Source of the DNA: an uncultured archaeon
GTDB taxonomy: Archaea > Altiarchaeota > Altiarchaeia > JAFGQM01
Assembly: GCA_964592405.1 (NCBI GenBank)
Contig: CAZQBY010000020.1
Span: 1-10,284, forward strand
Direction of reading: 5' to 3'
DNA: 10,284 nucleotides
The position numbers and the translations under genes are program-made. Positions 7,373 through 10,284 of the stretch are shown here, piece after piece (the first letter of the stretch is position 1; the number at the start of each line of letters is the position of its first letter). The notes under the pieces were generated by a model. It searched no databases. It worked only from the letters and a program-made list of their open reading frames with translations, and was not told the origin of the DNA.

Positions 7373-8265
7373 AGAAGATGGTAAGGCTGAGACTCAAAAA
7401 GCACAGGGACATCCTCTATAACAAGATAGTGGAGGCCCTTGGAGGACAAATCAGGGATCCGTGGGAGAGGAGGATGTTCAGGACTATGGTAAGGCAGACG
7501 CGCTTCAGACCCGTAGATGAGCTTGGAGGCGGAAGAGGCTGGAAGATCAGGGGTGAGAATGTTCATCATATCATCATAGATGCCAGAGGCCACAAATACA
7601 TAGGACCTGCAACCGTATATGTGCCCGCAGAGACTATGAAAAAGCTCAGGTGGCTTGAATCAAAGAATCCTGAGAGGAGGAGACTGGCAGAAGAAGCACT
7701 CCATACAATCTCCCACGAACTGGCCCACGATTATTTCAAGGCCATCAATTATGAAGCCCGTCTGACCAGATACCTAAGGGACAATCCCAAGATAGTCGAG
7801 AGATATCTGAGGAGGTTTCTGGGAGGAGCCACTGGATTCAGGAATCCGGCTGTTGGGGAAAAAGCAAGGATGCTGGTCAAGAAAAACCCGTTATACTGGG
7901 CACGTTATGTGGCACATACCGCGCATGAAGCCGGAGCCGATATGATGGCTGCAGAAGCAGTTGTCAGGATAGCCGAAGGCAGGCATGCACGGGCACGCGA
8001 TCTGGACCGGCTCACTGAGTTCCGTCCGTTCACCGTCAGGGAATTTATCAGACTCCAAAGGGGTGAAAGGCTGGCTGGAGTGAAGAAACCCAGGAAGCCT
8101 CCCCGGCTGGCAGAGCTCGCAAAGGGTATTGAGTATACCTCCATGCGGATAATGGAGAACCTTGGTAATCTCTACAGGATTAGCCATCCGTCAAAGGCCA
8201 GAATCCCGCCAAGGTCCTTCACAGCCAAAGCAGTGCATGGGAAAGTGAGGAGGCGTGTGGCCTAA
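7369..8265 (+). CDS. Hypothetical basic protein with HExxH + ExxxD motifs (putative gluzincin-type metallopeptidase)
   Basis: 298 aa with HELAH (aa 116-120, nt 7714-7728) in a helical context, followed by HEAGADMMAAE (E187, D191). About 67 of 298 residues are K/R, and no TM or signal segment is evident. The start overlaps the scpB stop (ATGA). Confidence 0.75.
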   Translation: MKKMVRLRLKKHRDILYNKIVEALGGQIRDPWERRMFRTMVRQTRFRPVDELGGGRGWKIRGENVHHIIIDARGHKYIGPATVYVPAETMKKLRWLESKNPERRRLAEEALHTISHELAHDYFKAINYEARLTRYLRDNPKIVERYLRRFLGGATGFRNPAVGEKARMLVKKNPLYWARYVAHTAHEAGADMMAAEAVVRIAEGRHARARDLDRLTEFRPFTVREFIRLQRGERLAGVKKPRKPPRLAELAKGIEYTSMRIMENLGNLYRISHPSKARIPPRSFTAKAVHGKVRRRVA

Positions 8266-8277
8266 AAAAGCTTTTTA
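8264..8277 (+). promoter_or_regulatory. BRE/TATA-like element (AAAAAAGCTTTTTA), possibly also the T-rich terminator of the smc operon
   Basis: An A-run followed by TTTTTA starts 29 nt before ATG 8301, which matches leaderless archaeal spacing. It sits immediately after the upstream stop codon. Confidence 0.5.
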
Positions 8278-8300
8278 CTCTTTCGCCATTATAGATGTCA

Positions 8301-8621
8301 ATGGTCATACATCTCACCCAGAAGGAAATAGAGTTCCTCCAAGCGGCCGGAGTAAATAGAATCAGGGAGGCTGCCTATCATTTCGTCCGGACCAAACTGG
8401 TAAATGGTGGTAACATACCGGACAGAGGGCACCCGGTGTTCAAGGCCATGCGCGCGATAGGAGTACAGGACAGGGAGGGCCTAGAGCGTGAGTTTTCCAT
8501 ACCCAAGGACAAGAAGCTGACTGAGAGCCAGGTGGATGTAATTGTCGAGAACATTATGGGCTGGCTCAGGGGTGAGATGCGCAGCTCGGGCAAGGTGCAG
8601 GCGAAGATAGGCGAATTCTAG
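8301..8621 (+). CDS. Hypothetical protein (~106 aa) with a C-terminal PIP-box-like motif
   Basis: The ORF fills the gap and has its own TATA-like element. ATG 8301 is preferred over 8295 on spacing. It ends ...KVQAKIGEF* (QxxIxxF). Confidence 0.75.
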   Translation: MVIHLTQKEIEFLQAAGVNRIREAAYHFVRTKLVNGGNIPDRGHPVFKAMRAIGVQDREGLEREFSIPKDKKLTESQVDVIVENIMGWLRGEMRSSGKVQAKIGEF

Positions 8622-8665
8622 AGGCTCAATTCCGGAACTTCTAACAGCTTTAGCTGCTGTAACCC

Positions 8666-8695
8666 GTAGCAGTATAGCTTGTAGCAGTATAGCTT
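8666..8695 (+). repeat. Perfect 15-bp tandem direct repeat GTAGCAGTATAGCTT x2
   Basis: Copies at 8666-8680 and 8681-8695, read directly from the sequence. Confidence 0.95.
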
Positions 8696-8701
8696 TTATG
8701 C
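8691..8701 (+). promoter_or_regulatory. Putative TATA box of the fibrillarin gene (AGCTTTTATGC)
   Basis: TTTTAT starts 31 nt before ATG 8725, and there is no SD before that ATG. This is consistent with a leaderless transcript. Confidence 0.5.
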
Positions 8702-8724
8702 CTACTGCCGGAATAATTGTCGGC

Positions 8725-9363
8725 ATGGATGAAATCTTCCCGGGGGTTTACAAGTCAGGCAGGGCACTGTATACAAAGGCGCTTGTCCCGGGCAGTATCT
8801 ATGGTGAGGAAATCAGGAATGGCTACCGTGTATGGAACCCTTACCGCAGCAAGCTGGCAGCAGCCATATTGAACGGCATGAAAAAGTTTCCCTTCAACAA
8901 AGATTCAAACGTTCTCTATCTGGGTGCATCCACCGGGACTACCGTCAGCCATATTTCTGATATTGTCGCAGATGGATGTGTGTATGCTCTGGAGTTCTCC
9001 GGAATCTCCATGCGGAAGCTTCTTGAGTTGGCAAAAAAGAGGAGAAATGTTATCCCACTCCTTCAGGACGCGCGCAGACCGGAGGATTATCAGTATCTCG
9101 TGGGAAATGTTGATGTCATCTATCAGGATATCGCCCAGCCAAACCAGTCAGAGATTCTGATCAGGAATGCACAACTGTTTTTGAAGAAGGGCAATTATTG
9201 TATCATATGTATAAAGGCGCGCAGCATAGATGCAATAGAAAACCCGATGAGAATCTTTGAGAAGGAGGAGAAGAGACTGAAGACGGAGTTTCAGTTACTG
9301 GAAAAGACGGACCTCAGGCCGTACGACAAGGATCATTGCCTGTTTCTCCTCAGGAAATCCTGA
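8725..9363 (+). CDS. flpA: Fibrillarin-like rRNA/tRNA 2'-O-methyltransferase
   Basis: YRVWNPYRSKLAAAI, SAM-binding VLYLGASTGTTVSHISDIV, DVIYQDIAQPNQ, IKARSID and LRPYDKDH. ATG 8725 (MDEIFPGVY) is preferred over 8698, which lies in the TATA-like element. Confidence 0.98.
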   Translation: MDEIFPGVYKSGRALYTKALVPGSIYGEEIRNGYRVWNPYRSKLAAAILNGMKKFPFNKDSNVLYLGASTGTTVSHISDIVADGCVYALEFSGISMRKLLELAKKRRNVIPLLQDARRPEDYQYLVGNVDVIYQDIAQPNQSEILIRNAQLFLKKGNYCIICIKARSIDAIENPMRIFEKEEKRLKTEFQLLEKTDLRPYDKDHCLFLLRKS

Positions 9364-10267
9364 AGACAGGATTGCGGTGCAGTTCTGAAACTGCAAACAT
9401 GGTAATCACCACTATTATCCCAGCGGCTATATAAAATGTATTTATTCCAAAAAGATCTTGAGGAAAAAAGGCATAAAAAAGTGCAGCACCGGCCAAGGCT
9501 AGTGAAAATATGGCCATCCCTACAGAGACTGACTTGGCCCTCACCATTTGATCCCACATAAAAGACATAAGATTATTTATATGCTCGTCGATTATCTCTG
9601 AAAAGCTGTCGGCACCTGTTGTGAGGATGCCCATCTTGGCATACAGGAAAGCCGCATTTTGAGGATTCTGGATGCCCTTTATCTCCACGGCTTTTAGCAC
9701 TATATCACCCAGTTGCGATTTTGTAGCATAGAACACGCGGACCATGTCCTTGGCATCATGGTTTAGCCGGAAGAGGTGAAATGGTTCCGTAAGCCCGGTC
9801 TTCATCTCCATGGTTACACTTCTAAGAGATTTCTGGAGTTCGCGCAGATGTAGCTCGTGATGTTCGATGAGTGAAACCATAAGACCCTGAAATATCATCT
9901 CGGAATTGAAGTTGGCAGAGACCAGCATCTCATTCAGTGAGGCCATGGTTTCGTTACAGACTATGTCCTCACCCCGGTGCACGGTTATGACAAACTTCTC
10001 GGACATGAGAATCTGGAGCTCTTTTTTGGTGAGATTATGAAAATAATTTACAAGAATCAGGTCATATTCCCCATGTTGGACTATTGTAGGAAATCCGAAT
10101 TCGTCGAGCGACTTGATGCCATAAAGCTTCTTGAGAACCATGGCAGTCTTGGAATCTATCCTGTCAACGTCTATCCAGGCAAAATCAGCCTTCAGCTCCT
10201 CAAGTTTCTCAGGTTTTATATCCTCCAGTATCTTGACCTCACCGCTGAACATACCGATGAATCTCAT
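9350..10267 (-). CDS. CorA/ZntB-family divalent cation transporter, divergent
   Basis: 305 aa with N-terminal alpha/beta motifs AWIDV and LQILMSEKFVITVH, long helices and two C-terminal hydrophobic segments flanking FGIN. AGGA lies upstream of the ATG, and the 3' end overlaps the fibrillarin 3' end by 14 nt. Confidence 0.8.
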   Translation of the reverse strand: MRFIGMFSGEVKILEDIKPEKLEELKADFAWIDVDRIDSKTAMVLKKLYGIKSLDEFGFPTIVQHGEYDLILVNYFHNLTKKELQILMSEKFVITVHRGEDIVCNETMASLNEMLVSANFNSEMIFQGLMVSLIEHHELHLRELQKSLRSVTMEMKTGLTEPFHLFRLNHDAKDMVRVFYATKSQLGDIVLKAVEIKGIQNPQNAAFLYAKMGILTTGADSFSEIIDEHINNLMSFMWDQMVRAKSVSVGMAIFSLALAGAALFYAFFPQDLFGINTFYIAAGIIVVITMFAVSELHRNPVFRIS

Positions 10268-10284
10268 CTTTTAGTTGTCCTTTC

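Noticed and set aside
2368-7593. Many minus-strand ORFs of 60-154 aa overlapping smc, scpA and scpB
   Set aside because: They are Ser/Leu/Phe-rich antisense shadows of Glu/Lys-rich genes, with no recognisable motifs.
8622-8724. CRISPR array, tRNA fragment or C/D sRNA in the gap before fibrillarin
   Set aside because: There are only two abutting 15-bp copies with no spacers, no cloverleaf or T-loop motif, and no RTGATGA/CTGA pair on either strand.
1164-8724. Mobile element or genomic island between nop5 and flpA
   Set aside because: No integrase or transposase, no terminal repeats or matching target-site duplication seen, and the cargo is mostly housekeeping genes.

Overview
Archaeal chromosomal DNA. 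Nop5 and fibrillarin are diagnostic of archaea, and a canonical Smc-ScpA-ScpB points away from Crenarchaeota, so a euryarchaeal or DPANN-like lineage is my inference. Gene order: nop5 (+), a 55-aa very basic ORF absent from the ORF track (-), a divergent trans-isoprenyl diphosphate synthase (-), smc-scpA-scpB (+), a basic HExxH/ExxxD zincin-like ORF whose start overlaps the scpB stop (+), a ~106-aa ORF ending in a PIP-box-like QAKIGEF (+), fibrillarin (+) and a convergent, divergent CorA-family transporter (-). The two box C/D sRNP genes, often adjacent in archaea, bracket a ~7.5 kb block. The most interesting candidate system is the condensin operon extended by a putative DNA-binding metalloprotease, next to a putative PCNA-binding small protein. 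I found no rRNA, tRNA, CRISPR array or mobile element. All family calls come from motif recognition by eye; no searches were run.
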